From the NCBI RefSeq assembly GCF_006345805.1, contig NC_043004.1, positions 22,258,001-22,322,000 of the forward strand: a DNA stretch of 64,000 nucleotides, in the 5' to 3' direction. This DNA is from Octopus sinensis (lineage: Eukaryota). The translations under genes were made by a program, and so were the position numbers. Shown here piece after piece: positions 40,321 to 54,608 of this stretch (position 1 is its first letter; every line of letters begins with the position of its first letter). The notes under the pieces are model-generated. The model was given only the letters and a program-made list of their open reading frames with translations. It did no database searches and was not told where the DNA came from.

Positions 40321-41479
40321 AATATATTCTTGATTATGGCCCTTAGCAGACAATAGCTGGACTTGCCTTGATATAACTTATCTTTCAATATTACCGTTGC
40401 TTTCTTTAATAAAATATGAATGGAATGAAGAGATTTGGATCTTAAGATAAAAGTGAAACGCTGGCCAGGATAACTGAATGGAATCACGTTGTGATTAAGT
40501 AAAGAATTTCACCACCTTAATACTGCAGCTTTGATTCCGCTAACATTTAATTAAATAATTCAAAATATAAATCAAAGTGAAATCAGGCGGATCATATTAG
40601 TACGTGTCTTGTTTATTAATATTGGTCCCTCATTCACCAATCTCTTTGACAGTACACAAACTTGTACACCGAGGTTATTGGAAAATGCTGTCATACATGA
40701 GATTAAACATCAACTACATATTATGAGCTGCTCATTAATAAGTTAATTAAGAGTAATAAATAAATGGAAGGAACAAAAATCGTTGAATATACTAGCGATG
40801 AGAACAGACCTATAAAGATATGTGATTAGATCATGGAAATCTGGAATTCCTTCAGTCCAGGTTATCACTGAATGGAAGAGAGGTACGAAGCATTAGAAAA
40901 CATTCTAAAACAGAAATGAGTGACATATTTGATGCTAATTTGACCAGTAACAATGAGACAACGCATCCTATTTACTCAAATGTCTGAAATGTGAATCGTC
41001 CAAATAGTAGTTGTAATTGTTTTCAAGTTGTAAGGCTGTCGATTGCAATTCTTCATTTAATCGTTCATCTTAAATCATCTGTTATTTGGCCTGTATATTC
41101 ATCGTCGTAGATATGTGAGGAACATCGAAAATTTATGTCTTTTATAGCCATTAAAATAACTAACTGTTCCTCAATTTATAGGAACAGTGAAATTTAAAAG
41201 CTCAAATTCATCTATTTGGCATCAGTTAAATCTGACCACTGATTTTCTTGATTTCAATTCGTTTTTACTCTTGCTAATTCTATAGTACTGATAAGTGATA
41301 TTAAAATTAGAAAAACTACATAAATCTGAGAGTAAATGCTGTTTAAATTGAACAACCATAAAACACTGAAATTTTCGTGTTTCATTCTTTTTGTGCGTGT
41401 GAGTGGTGTATTATTTGCACAAATATTTTACTACGTAATATTTCATGATAGACTTTCTGTCTACTTTCTACTCAAATCT

Positions 41480-41503
41480 AAACACACACACACACACACA
41501 CAT

Positions 41504-41592
<89 letters not shown>

Positions 41593-41790
41593 CATACTTA
41601 TATGTATGTATATATATGTATATATATATATGTATATATATATGCATGTAAATATATATATATGTACATAAGTGTGTATATATATATATATGTATGCACA
41701 TATATGTGTATATATATGTATATATCTATTTATCTCTATATATAAGCAGGTGCATATACATATTTATGTAAATACATATACATGTATATG
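41480..41790. repeat. (CA)n/(TA)n/(TATG)n compound microsatellite
   Basis: Directly visible. Confidence 0.95.
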
Positions 41791-42729
41791 TGTGTGTCTG
41801 TGTAAGACGTATTTGCACGCTAGAAAATATGAATTAAACAAGCAGCACAGGGAAAAAATTACGCAATAGTAGACAATTTTGCGTTTTATATATTTGTGTG
41901 TGTGTTGCTCTATGCATCGGTAAAATAGTAAACATCTATGCACAGATGTGCGCGCGTCTCCGTCATAGGAACGTGATTTCTTTTCTTTTACATACATAAC
42001 GACACACATATATACACTTAAACACTCAAGTTTAATAACACAAATGGTAAATATACGAACATCTTTAAGTGTGTGTCTGTGTGTGTGCGTGTGTGTATTT
42101 CTGCAACATTATATTTCTCCTGATATATTTATATATGAAAACGTACATGCATACTGATATACAACCACTTGGACGCCATGTGTCTTCATCGACAATCTTG
42201 TGAAAGTTAAACGACCCACTCCATTTTTCGGAAACGACAGAACAGTAGACATATTTCCTTCGTTAGGTGTCATAGGAAAACAATTATATTGATAATCGAA
42301 TTTTGGAATAATGGAGTAGTGTTATCATTCATTTCATACGCTATGATACTGTTGCAAGGATTATTATCGCGAAGAGCCGGATAATTCATATCGGCTAAAA
42401 CGTGGGGTTATTTGGTATTGAGTGAGCAATTTAAAATCAATAATTTAAGTATATGTCACAGCCCTCACTTAACTCACTCTTTGACCTTCTCAATTAAAAC
42501 TTACTAACGGACATCACATAATATGGCAGAGGATAAAGAATATCAATTTCTGACGTGTATTAATGTATTCAGTGAATCACAGTTGGCTTACTTTACATGG
42601 TAATAGATTTAATGATCCTCATGGCGTTTACAACTGTATGAGTGTTCCAAGTGAAGTAAGGAGGAAATAAAATTACAGAGCTACATAATATAACATCACC
42701 GCAATACTATCTTTAATATGGAAATTATG

Positions 42730-42940
42730 AAGGTGTTGAACTGGCAGAATATTTAGCATCTCGAGCAAAATGTATAGCAGGATTTCGTCTGTCCTCATGT
42801 TCAAATCGCAAATTCCGCCCGAGGTCAACTTTACTTTACATCCGTTTTGGGTCGATAAAATAAATGCGGACTGGGGTAGATATAATCGACCGATCTCCTT
42901 CCTTGAAATTGTTAGCTTTGTGCCAAAATTGCAAATCAAT
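42730..42940 (+). mobile_element. Degenerate SINE family B (alternative tail)
   Basis: gaactggcagaatatttagc...aaattccgcccgaggtcaac...gggtcgataaa...ctttgtgcc. Confidence 0.7.
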
Positions 42941-43011
42941 ATATGACTCATGAAGTATAGTATATGTTGGTGGTAATTTAGATTATCATAATTTTGACAC
43001 ATTTATATATA

Positions 43012-43078
<67 letters not shown>

Positions 43079-43622
43079 CATACATATATATATATAAAAT
43101 TTGGAGGACTGACCACTGAAGGTGGACAGCCTATATGATAAACATAGACGTCAAATCGCCATTGCCACGAAGAAGGTGTTCTCAAGAAAAATCTCAGCAA
43201 AAAGCCGAAATGTAAAAATAAGCAAGACAAATGAAAATATACGAAATAGAAAACGATTACCTATGTACACTGGTTTCACTTGTTAATAGTTACGTATATG
43301 GACACGCAAACATCTACAGGATCATCAGCATAGTCTGTCGTTTGCAAAACACAATTTCCAGAACTAGACACACAACGCTCAACCGAATTTTTAATCTTCA
43401 GATTTTTTTTTAAATATGCTAAGCCACTGATTTTAATTGATTAATATCAATTTCTACCCTTATTTAATTTTAAATTTAAAAAAATGTTCTCTAACCGGTA
43501 AATTTACTGCTGTAGTTCATTAACTGCAGAGTAGTTACCAATCTAAGCGCGCCAAAGTGAAGGCATTTGAAAGGATACATCTAAATATAATTTGTAAAAC
43601 TTTATACATGATCGATTTCGGT

Positions 43623-43654
<32 letters not shown>

Positions 43655-43674
43655 ACGGGGAAAATTCACAATAT

Positions 43675-43722
<48 letters not shown>

Positions 43723-44126
43723 ATATATGGATGTGTATGTGTGCGTGTGTTTGTGAGACGATTATAGAGAAGAATAAGTGGGAAGTATACGATAAGAAAA
43801 ATAACAATTTATTGGCATCGAGAGTTACACACCTTTTTCCATAACGAAGTTGCGCGGAAATTCGATAAGCTAATAGCATCTATATAGCTTACAGCTAGCA
43901 CCTCGAGCTGCTATAAATGCGAGCAAAAATCCAAATTGGGTCAGTGTAACAAGTAAATTGCACGGTTCATATGTTTGTTAGATAGCTGAAGCTCTTGATG
44001 TAATAGTTGTATAACGAGCTAGGCTCAACTTAGCTAACCATCAAATTGAGCTACCTCAATGAAATGAAGGTTACACTGCTGCTCGGAATTTCTGATCCAA
44101 CTCCACCACGGCAGTTAAATTCAATT

Positions 44127-44219
<93 letters not shown>

Positions 44220-44979
44220 GTAGTATGTGTGTGAGGGATTGTATCACAAATTCTTCCGGGTTCACTTTGCGTAAGTTTTAACAATTAATTTCGAACCATG
44301 TTTTAGAACATTTTTTTCCTTATCTTTCTTCTTCGTCATTTATTTAATATTCTAATTATTTCATACATCCAGATATGTTGATCATATAACATGAATCACG
44401 GAAGACATATATGCCGGTTTCATTCTCAATATTGACGAAGTATAATTGATCATGTTTCCAAAGTTGTGCATGGATACTCGTGCATCAAGTATTTTGTTAA
44501 GTACATTAATGATTAATACAAAATTAAATTTAATCTATATGCGTATAAGCTGTAGTGGTAATTCCTAGTTTCTATGACGATGTAGACATGCATATAATGT
44601 GAACAGTTTAGCTTAACTGAAAATCACACAGTTTGTTTTCAGTACAGTATAGTAGAAATAATGAGTAGTTGTTTGAATTTAGTTTGTTTACTGAATGATT
44701 ACGTGTAACAGTGTCTAGATCCGCTGAAATGAATAAATGACACCCGTGTTTCTTCACGTAACAATATTTACTTGAAAATAGCTAGGAAACTTATCAGTTT
44801 CCTTCTATGACTTATTCATACTTATTAACAATACAATGGTTATATATATTTGGAAATCGAACTAATCTGAAATATATTGTATGGAGTGTCTTTTGTATTA
44901 TATTCCACTGCATGCTGCATTTTCATTGAAAACATGGCATAACTTGCGCCAGATAGGGTTGCTTATTCTCTTGATTCAT

Positions 44980-45180
44980 TAGGATCTGGAAAATATATAA
45001 ATAAAAACAGCAATAAAATATTTTTGGATGACGTTTTATATATAATATAATATAATATAATATAATAAAATATAGTCTAGGATCTGGAAAATATATAAAT
45101 AAAAACAGCAATAAAATATTTTTGGATGGCGTTTTATATATAATATAATATAATATAATATAATATAATAAAATATAGTC
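44980..45180. repeat. Recent tandem duplication (98-bp and 103-bp units)
   Basis: taggatctggaaaatatataaataaaaacagcaataaaatatttttggatg starts at 44980 and 45078; the units differ by one substitution and one TATAA. Confidence 0.92.
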
Positions 45181-45640
45181 AGATAATAGTTGAAGGTCTT
45201 ATATTGCGATATTGAACTATGCCCCAGTAAGTCCATTGAGAAGCATGGTGAAAATATCAAACGTTGATTTTCTAGGCTTTTTAGTAGATATATCAAAACA
45301 CCAGAAACAAAACATTACAGCGAAAATCACGAACGCAATACACTAACACACACTTAGCAAAACTATCTTAACACAACACAATGCAACGAAGCATCATAAC
45401 ACACCAACGCAACAATGCAGCAACTCAATATAAAGATGACAGGCGGTATTCTAATGCGCAATTTATAATTGCTATGTAAGAATATTACATCACAATCTGA
45501 CTACATAAAAGCAGAGCTCGAACAAACTTATGGTCAGAGGTGTTGCAAGCATGACTCTCCCGACATTTATATAATAAAAAATATTACCCATGTGTACCTC
45601 TTTAAAAATGCGTACGTAAATGTGTGTCTATGTATCTGTC

Positions 45641-46045
45641 TCTCTTTACTTGTTTCAGTCATTTGACTGCGGCCATGCTGGAGCACCGCCTTTACTCGAG
45701 CAAATTGACGCCAGGACTTATTCTTTGTAAGCCTAGTACTTATTCTATCGGTCTCTTTTACCCAACTGCTAAGTTACGGGGATGTAAACACGTAAACACA
45801 CCACCAACGGTTGTCAAGCGATGCTGGGGAGACAAACACAAACACATAAACACACACATACACATATATACATATATACGACGGGATTCCTTCAGTTTCC
45901 GTCTACCAAATCCACTCACAAGGCTTTGGTCGGTCCGACGCTATAGTAGAAGACACTTACTTGCCCAAGGTACCACGCAGTGGGAATGAACCCTGAACCA
46001 TGTGGTTCATAAGCAAACTACTTACCACACAGCCACTCCTGCGCC
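45641..46045 (-). mobile_element. SINE family A (full length)
   Basis: ctttacttgtttcagtcatttgactgcggcc through cacagccactcctgcgcct. Confidence 0.9.
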
Positions 46046-46795
46046 TTCCTGTCCGTGTTAATTGCTGGTAGGGAAACCGTTTTTCGTTATGAAGCCATAA
46101 AATACTACCAAGTATATTGAAGGTTTATCAGTCAATATTGATTTCTAGTTGTGTTGGTATTGCGATTCACTCACTTTTTAAACTTATCTCAGCAGAAATT
46201 AGATCAAGCACTGAAAGTTACGTCTACGTAAGCAATGCATTTGTGGGTGATTAATGACGTTGTATCTATTAACAGTTTTTCAATCTTCGAACGCAACGTT
46301 CGCATGGACTTATTCGTTTTAGAAACGCCCTAAACTTTTCTATACAAATTCCATCGAGATAACATTAAAAAATAATTGAATCGCACTCTTAACACAAGTA
46401 GGACTATAATCCTTTGATATTCTTGTTAGCATATTACAGTTGAGGAATGAAATACGGTGTATCAACCAGAAATTAATATGTAACTACCAATTGCCAATAA
46501 TGTTTTTAATATGTATATCCAATTGTATATCCAATTGTGTTACACCACTAGATTTAGTAGCTACTTAAGAAATGCGTTCGTGTATGGCAAAAGGGCGGGA
46601 TATGGTGCTGAAGAAGACGCAATGACTCCTGAAATCTGCATATGCATCCTTACCTAATTTTCTATCTTCGAAATCACTGTTTACATAGGCGTATTCCTAT
46701 ATAAAACATCGTCGCTTTCAACTACTGGCTCCAATTTCTATAGAAAACGTGTACAGATAACTTTAAAATGTGACACCCACACATACACACATATA

Positions 46796-46831
<36 letters not shown>

Positions 46832-46832
46832 C

Positions 46833-46886
<54 letters not shown>

Positions 46887-47322
46887 GCTGGGATATTTAG
46901 CGCGAGTAGCTGTTGTTGGATTGCAAAAAGGATAATAAAGCATCACAGTGCAGTATATTTATGTAAATATCACCATAAAGTATATAATTCGCTTTTCTTT
47001 CTTTCTTTTTTTTTTCATTACAAATAATCAATATGTACAGCGCTTCGACGCCTGTTTCGGAGAAAAAAAGTATAGATGAAACACTATGATTACTTACTGA
47101 AAACAATAAAATAGCAAAGCTCACTGTTAAACAGTAAGATCAGAAGAAACTACTGATGTTCTCTTTCGACAAAAACTAATGTGTCAAGAAGACGATTGAT
47201 ATTCTTCCGGAGAGATGAAAAAAAACTGAAAGTTTTTTTGCAGCCTTTTGACAATATATGTATTTTCTCTCTCCTCCTATCTCATTCTTACTAGCTTCAA
47301 TTCTGTGTATTACAATTGCAAA

Positions 47323-47460
47323 ACTTGTCGATGTCAACTTTGTCTTTCATCCTTTCCAAGTAGATAAAAAAAAAGTATTAGTCTAGTACTGAAGTTCACA
47401 GCATTGATTAAACCCTCACCTCCAAACTTCTTGCCTTATGTCGAAATTAGACACCGTTAT
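47323..47460 (+). mobile_element. Degenerate SINE family B core
   Basis: gtcaactttgtctttcatcctttccaagtagataaaa...gtactgaagt...ttgccttatgtcgaaattag. Confidence 0.5.
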
Positions 47461-47876
47461 TGTTACTAGTAGTAGTGGTAGTAGTAGTAGTTTTGCTGCC
47501 GCTACTATGTTTTTGTATTTGCCTTTACTTGCTAACTTGGGTGGTTCATTACCAATAAGCAAATGTACTCTAGTTGTGATTATTCTGTGTTTTGTTTAAG
47601 AATAATTTATCTAGAAATGTATAATGTATTTTACGTCCTTGTTGTTTGAACACAGCAATGTCTTGATTTTAGAAACATCTGATCAAGTGAGAATATACCG
47701 AGAATATTTTGTTTATGCCGTTTGACCGAGAGGAAAGTATTCAAACGAATCGCTCAGAATGTAGTTGTTCTGTTTCCCCTTTATGTACCGTCGAAATCAT
47801 CAACAGCGGAAATTCAAATTCTAAAATAAAAAAAAGAACATTAAGCAACTGCCGTATGTTAGTATTCTTAATTCAT

Positions 47877-48443
47877 AAGGCGGCGTTAGCACGCCGGGCG
47901 AAATACTTTGCGGTATTTCGTCTGCCGTTACGTTCTGAGTTCAAATTCCGCCGAGGACAACTTTGCCTTTCATCCTTTCGGAGTCGATTAAATAAGTACC
48001 AATTGTGTACTAGGGTCGATATAATCGACTTAATCCGTTTGTCTGTCCTTGTTTGTCCTCTCTGTGTTTAGCCCCTTGTGGGTAGTAAAGAAATAGGTAT
48101 TTCGTCTGCCGCTACGTTCTGAGTTCAAATTCCGCCGAGGTCGACTTTGCCTTTCATCTTTCGGGGTCGATTAAATAAGTACCAGTTGTGTACTAGGGTC
48201 GATATAATCGACTTAATTCGTTTGTCTGTCCTTGTTTGTCCCTTCTCTGTGCAGCCCCTTGTGGGTAGTAAAGAAATATGTATTTTGTCTGTCTTTACAT
48301 TCTGAGTTCAAATTCCGCCGAGGTCGACTTTGCCTTTCATCCTTTCAGGATCGATAAATTAAGCATCAGTTTCGTACTGGGGTCGATCTAATAGACTGGC
48401 CCTCTCCCAAAAATTTTAGGCTTTGTGCCTAGAGTGGAAAAGA
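47877..48443 (+). mobile_element. SINE family B, three-unit tandem copy (two standard units plus an alternative-tail unit)
   Basis: Units restart at gtatttcgtctgccg after aaagaaatag, and at tattttgtctgtctttac for the last; the final tail is ctttgtgcctagagtggaaaag. Confidence 0.9.
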
Positions 48444-49965
48444 ATTTGTTACTTAAATTTCCAATACCATAAATATTATATGCTTCTTAGTTTTAAAATC
48501 ATGCTTAAAAAAAAAACAAGAAGTGAGAATCTAGCTTTTCAAAATTCAATCAAGTTAAATTGTTCCCTTCATATTTCTGCTGTTAAGCACTTGAGCATTT
48601 TTGTCATCATTTTCCATTCAATTCCGTTTTTTTCAATATCTTTGAGCCGTTCTTTCTTTATACACTCACTTGAAATTTTACATTCCGTTTATTTACAAAT
48701 GATTGTATTTGCCAGTGACCATGTATTTCTACTAATGTGACTGAATCACTTCATTTTTATTTCTTTTGCTGCTTCTATAACTTCTTGAACACCAGAAATT
48801 AAAAGTATAGTTGTCCACACGTTTTGTTATCAAGTATACAGGCATTCTGTGCGCATTTAATTTTAGCTTTCTATGCATTTATCTAAATATATTTATCGTA
48901 CATCTTATCTTTATGTTTACTTTCAGTTCATTATATTTAATGATTGATTGCTTAACTGAATTGTAGTTATAATAACAATATTGTATGTCCGCTTCTCGCT
49001 TCCTACAAGAACAGTCTATTATGATTTTGGCGATGAAAACTGTTAATTAGTGATATTTAAAAATTGAAATAATAATAAATCTGTAAACTCTCTCTCACAC
49101 CCTCTCTTACTCCGGAAGTAACTGTAGGTGGTAGCAGTAACAGTCCCCAGCCAAATTTGCCACGTGATAAGACTTTTTTTATATTTTTTATTAACAGTAA
49201 AACCAAGTGATTGAGTAAAACAAGAAAACGTTATTCGTCAAAAATTAATATAGTATGAATTCGAATAATAATACTACGTTACTGAAACTAATAGTATTAA
49301 CCAAGAAGAGTACAGAGTAAAGTTTTGAACTCAGAACTCAAAATTTAACGAGCTGACTCAAATACCGTGGTGGCTTTCAGGATTGTGTCAGATCTCTCAA
49401 TACTCCACCTTTATAATTAATTTCTTCTTTATACTCACCAACAATGGTTTTGGCGAAAAGCAATTAATCGTTTTAATTCATTCTAGTATATGGCCTATGC
49501 ATTATTACATCGACCCCGGAGGCCTGGAGTACAAAACTGACTTTGGATTAATTGGAAGTTAGAATTTAAAAACCAGGGACCAACGCTGCAACTCAATTTA
49601 CAACACACTTCCGTTTGTAGTATGGTGCCCAGAAAGCCTACTTTAATGAATTGCAAATGATTTGAAACGCCAGCACAACTTTTTTCTATTTCTGTAGAAT
49701 CCATTTAACGGCATTCAACCCTCAGGGAAGGACGCAGTGTAAGGTAAATCAGTTTTGAAACCACAAAATGTGAATGACAGCAATAAATTCCTGAAGGCTA
49801 TGAGTGTAATTTTCTATCATTCACTGCTGTTTACTTAATTACGTATCAAATCAGATAATCTTAAATATACACTCTTCACGAAAAGAGCGGGTGGTCGTGC
49901 ACGGAATGCCATGGATCATTAATATACTTAATCACTATAACAAGATAAAAATAAATAAGCATGTA

Positions 49966-51523
49966 CAGTAGCGAGCAAAAAAAGAGAATGATTAATTTTT
50001 TTTTTAAATTTCGGAAAAGCTAGTAAACGTACAAATTTGCAATTGGCTTCGTACATACGGTTAACCATTAACTGTTTGTGCAATGGTCTTAATAAAGGTT
50101 AATAACATTAATACTAGTTTCATTCAAATGTTTCATGTGCAAAATAAGAGAACGATAAAACCAAAATATGCTTCAGTTAAATCAAAACCATAATAATGAT
50201 TGAAAGAAATGTACATATGAACTCAATACAGTTAGTATAATGTTTGTAGACATTTGTTGGAGATTACCTCTGCACATCGATTGCCACAGGGCATAACAAG
50301 TTCCCTGTACAAGTCAGGTGTCACTTTCTTCCATTCCTCTTCTATTCTCCCATAAATTCGTCGTAGTAGTTGGTGCCCTTTTTGTTACTTTGTCTACAAG
50401 TATATTTCAAAAGTTTTCAATCGGATTTAAGTCTGGGCTTTGTGCTGGCCACTTCATTACTTGGGTATTGTGTTCACTAAAGAATCTAGTGACATGTTTT
50501 GCAGTATGACAAGGGGCATTATCTTGCATGAAAATGCACGGTTGATTCGGAAATGCTCGTAATGATGAGATCACATGCCGTTTAACTAAATTCAAATAGA
50601 TATTAGCATTAATAGTGCCTTTACTCTGCACTAGAGGGCCAACTCCTTCAGACGAAATTATTCCCACACCATGACGCTTCCTCCTCCAAACTTGGTAGAT
50701 TTCTTCAAGCACTTACATTTTAGCCGATTTTTCGTGAAGCGCTAACATACTGTCTACCATATGAACCTGCTAAACTGAGTTTTCTTTCATGGCTAAAATT
50801 AATTTTGACCAATTTCCATCCCAATAGTTCATATGAGCTTCTGAAAATGAAAGTCTTGCTAATTTGTTCTTCTTGCTAATGGTAGGTTTCGTTGCCGAGG
50901 AACAGGTCTTTAATCCAAATTACTTCAGATGATCAGACACTGTAAAGCAGTTCACTTCTGTACCATTAATTACTTTTATTTTCTTAGAGATTATAGCTGC
51001 AGTCTCGAAGAGATCCATCAATACGTACCGTTTCATGGTTCGATCATCTCGCATGGTGGCTGCCTTTTTCAGATCTAAACCTTTAGTTTATTCACAGAGT
51101 TTAAGAATACGTGAAACTACACTCTTAGATCTCCTTACATCCTGTGAAATAGCCGAGAGAGTTATTCCTGAAACTTTCATCCTGGCAATTTATTTTCAGT
51201 GGTCGGGAGTAGCTTTAGCGTGGTGTGCCATGTTCTGAAGTTTGCACAATACTGAGACGGTAGTAACGTTGAGCCTGCAAATGTAAACGGTTTTGAAATT
51301 TACAGAAATTTCTGAAGGAATCTTATCGTTCTCTTATTTGCGCATGAGACATTTGGACGAAACTAGTGTTAGTGTTATTAACTTTTATTAAGACAATTGT
51401 AAAAACATAAATATTTCAGAAAATTTAGCAAATGGGTAACCGTCTTTACGAAACCAATTACGAATTTGTACGTTCACTAGCTTTTCCGACGTTTAAAAAA
51501 TATTAATCGTTCTTTTTTTTTTT
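49966..51523 (-). mobile_element. Tc1-like (DD34E) transposon, decayed
   Basis: TA+cagtagcgagc left end; about 100-bp imperfect TIRs (49980-50095 vs 51430-51523). Transposase from the ATG at 51231, with GGSVMVWGIISSEGVGPL, IFMQDNAPCHTAK and WPAQSPDLNPIEN; several stops and frameshifts. Confidence 0.92.
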
Positions 51524-51721
51524 AAGACATTCTTATTATCTAGGATACTGAAAATGAGATTTAGCTAATGTTAGATAAAGAAATTGTTTACGTTAATTAA
51601 TATTCAGTTCTACATCAGTTCTGATCTAGCACGTCCTAGATGCAATAAATCATTTTTAGTCATAGTATATCTCTTATTACATTATAGGTGTGATTTGGAA
51701 AATAACTAGCAGTGGTATGTC

Positions 51722-51903
51722 GTCGATAGAACGTTATTAAAAGTGACAACATTATTAAGAGATACGCTATGAAATATAATTGCTCGTTCTAGTGAAGAAA
51801 GATGTTGAGTTTACATGAATGATAATACTGTGCGAACGTGAAAAATAATGAAAGTATTGTAATGAATCAAAGACAAGTGAATAATGTTAAACTATATATT
51901 CTA
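51722..51903. repeat. 182-bp segment whose inverted copy is at 53458-53639
   Basis: Base-by-base comparison gives 181/182 identity to the reverse complement of 53458-53639. Confidence 0.95.
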
Positions 51904-52059
51904 TGGCGTTATGTACTGTTGTAATGTCAACATCACATTCAGGGGATATATAGATTGTTAAAGGTTGTTTCTGAAAATTATATAAAATATAATCAGTGTG
52001 TTTGTGTATCTCTATAACTTATCTGATATCCAAGTACGTACATCTTCACATAAATGTTT

Positions 52060-52860
52060 TCTCAGAATAATTAACTGCTATTTTCCTAATTCTTAATTCT
52101 TAATATATATTTGCCTCACAATTAATAGCTACTACTACACTTAGTACTCCCTCTACCTCTTATCTCCCCATTCCTCTATCAGTTATACTATAATACCTTT
52201 CTCTCTCTATCCCCGCTCCTACTTTCAAACTACCTCCACTGACCACTGACCAACCTATATCTTAATTTTTCTTTTTTTTTTTTACTTATTCTCTTTATTC
52301 ATACCTTCAGGGGTTTTATTCTTTACTTTTATTTTTAATTTTTACTAATCTTCTTTCTTCTTTCTCTTTAATTCTTTCTTTCTCTCCTCCTCTCATCTCC
52401 TTTGTTATTCCTCTCTTCCTGTTTTCAATTTGACCAAACTAATACACTCCCTATTTCTAGGTCAGTTTAAACACAAACCTCGAATTTACTACATTCTATA
52501 TAAATTCCCTACTGGGAATGACCAACTTTAAGAGAATCTTACATTGCTTATAAACTTTACATCTGGATGGACTCATACTAAACTCTGTTGGACTTTTGGA
52601 TTTTATTTTACTCAAAGGATATTGGAATATTACACATATATACCATTATGCCTATAAAACGGATTTATGAACTCAATAACCATACATATCTTACATCTAT
52701 TGTCTTTCCTCCACCTCACTCTCTATTTATATCACATCGAAACTAACTATGACTTAATTTTTCCTTTAACACCATCATCGATGAAGGGATTTTATTATTA
52801 TTAATTAATATTCTAGAAACAGCTGTAAGACCTATCTATAAATGCTCTAATATCTATACA
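52060..52860 (+). mobile_element. PLE 3' tail (same family as 58420-59270) with degenerate hammerhead at 52778-52832
   Basis: Colinear with the reverse complement of 58430-59100 (e.g. tataccattatgcct, catatcttacatctatt, cctccacctcactctctattt, gctgtaagacct). Confidence 0.7.
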
Positions 52861-52906
52861 TTGTTTTTTTATCCCATTACGCAAAAAATTCATATATATA
52901 TATATA

Positions 52907-52982
<76 letters not shown>

Positions 52983-53273
52983 TACATATATATATAGTTT
53001 GTGAATGAGTTTGTGCGTGCGTGTCCTTGTGTCTGCAGACACTCACATACATACACACACATATACACACACATACACAGACATACACACAAACGCACAA
53101 AATTCGTAAGGTAACATATCTTGCTGCCGTTACTGATTAGATTGCCAAAGTGCAGTCTATGTATAAATGTGAGAATAAAATTTTTCATTTTCATAGGACA
53201 TTCGAATTAAGGCAACGGATCTTCATAAGATAACGGATACCGATTGTATATACGGACATTTTTATCCCTTACA

Positions 53274-54507
53274 TACAGCATGGTCCAAAAGGCACTGAGC
53301 GGTTGCAATTTTTAATAATTCTTTTATTTTTTGACCGTTTTCTTTTCACTGCAGGGATTTTATGGCCTACGTCCTGGAAATTAAATATGGAAACGCATGT
53401 AAGTGGTGAAATTGTTCTATCACAATCAAGGGTCAATTATTCAGACCGAAAGAGCCGTAGAATATATAGTTTAACATTATTCACTTGTCTTTGATTCATT
53501 ACAATACTTTCATTATTTTTCACGTTCGCACAGTATTATCATTCATGTAAACTCAACATCTTTCTTCACTAGAACGAGCAATTATATTTCATAGCCTATC
53601 TCTTAATAATGTTGTCACTTTTAATAACGTTCTATCGACCACTTTCAAGTGAGAGATGCTGTAAATGAAAACACAATTAGGATCTTAGTGCGTCGCTTTG
53701 GGTAATTGATCTCCCTCGATATGGGAGTGTCTAAACTGATGAGTCAAGGGAACGAATGAGAGAGAGAGTAGTAAACAGAATCCGGGCACGTCGAATTAGA
53801 GGCTGTGCAGACAGCTTTGGATTTTTACGAACATCACTGCAAAGAGTTCTCAGCAGCCTTAAAGTTTTTCCATAAAAGGTACAGTTGGTTCAATAGTTGA
53901 AGCACCAGGACTATGAACATAGGCACCAATACACGATCAGAATCCAGAAATTGGCACAAAGTGACCCTAATTTTACACAAAAATTGATCATGTCTGATGA
54001 AGCCCCCTTTCATTTGATTGGTTACATCAACAAACAAAATTGTCGGTTTAGGGGCTTCGAAATTCTGAGAGTAGTACACCAATTAAAATTGTATCCCATA
54101 CAATGTACAATATGGCGTGCAATTACGGCGGACGAGATAATCGAAACTTACTTCTTTGAGGACGATAATGGTGATGCTGTCACTATGACTAGTGAGCGGT
54201 AAAAGTCCGATATAGGCCAATATATGGTTCCAGCAAGATGGGACAACTGGTCATACCGCAAGAGAGACAATGCAGTTGATTAGGCAATGTTTTGGAGAAT
54301 CAACCCTCGCTATTTCTATGTCAACCATCGCGTTCCCCTGATTAGACCAGCTCTGACTTTTTCTTGGAGTGATACTTCAAGGAAAATATTTATGTCAACA
54401 AACCAGGAACCCTGGAGCAATTGAAGGAAATAAATTAACTGGGCCGTGAAATCCTTTCAACTGCTGAAAATGGACGCCATTTAAACGATGTCATTCTTTA
54501 TACGTAA
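53274..54507 (+). mobile_element. Mariner-type transposon (rosa/DD41D-like), decayed, interrupted at 53458-53639
   Basis: tacagcatggtccaaaa TIR-like start; VVKLFYHNQGSIIQTERAV | HFQVRDAVNENTIRILVRRF; KLIMSDEAPFHLIGYINKQNCRF; YFFEDDNG; WFQQDGTTGHTA; PSRSPD*TSSDFFL; ENGRHLNDVIL*. Confidence 0.85.
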
Positions 54508-54560
54508 TGCAGAAGTATGAGGGAAAAGGACAAATGCAAATTAATCTCCATTACCTCCTG

Positions 54561-54608
<48 letters not shown>

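Noticed and set aside
43160-43215. acgaagaaggt…gccgaaatgta next to a TA tract
   Set aside because: It could be a very decayed PLE hammerhead, but the core has two changes and stem I is absent; too weak to call.
53735-54010. CTGATGA motifs at about 53736 and 53994
   Set aside because: Both lie within mariner-derived sequence (the second encodes SDE) and lack a hammerhead fold.
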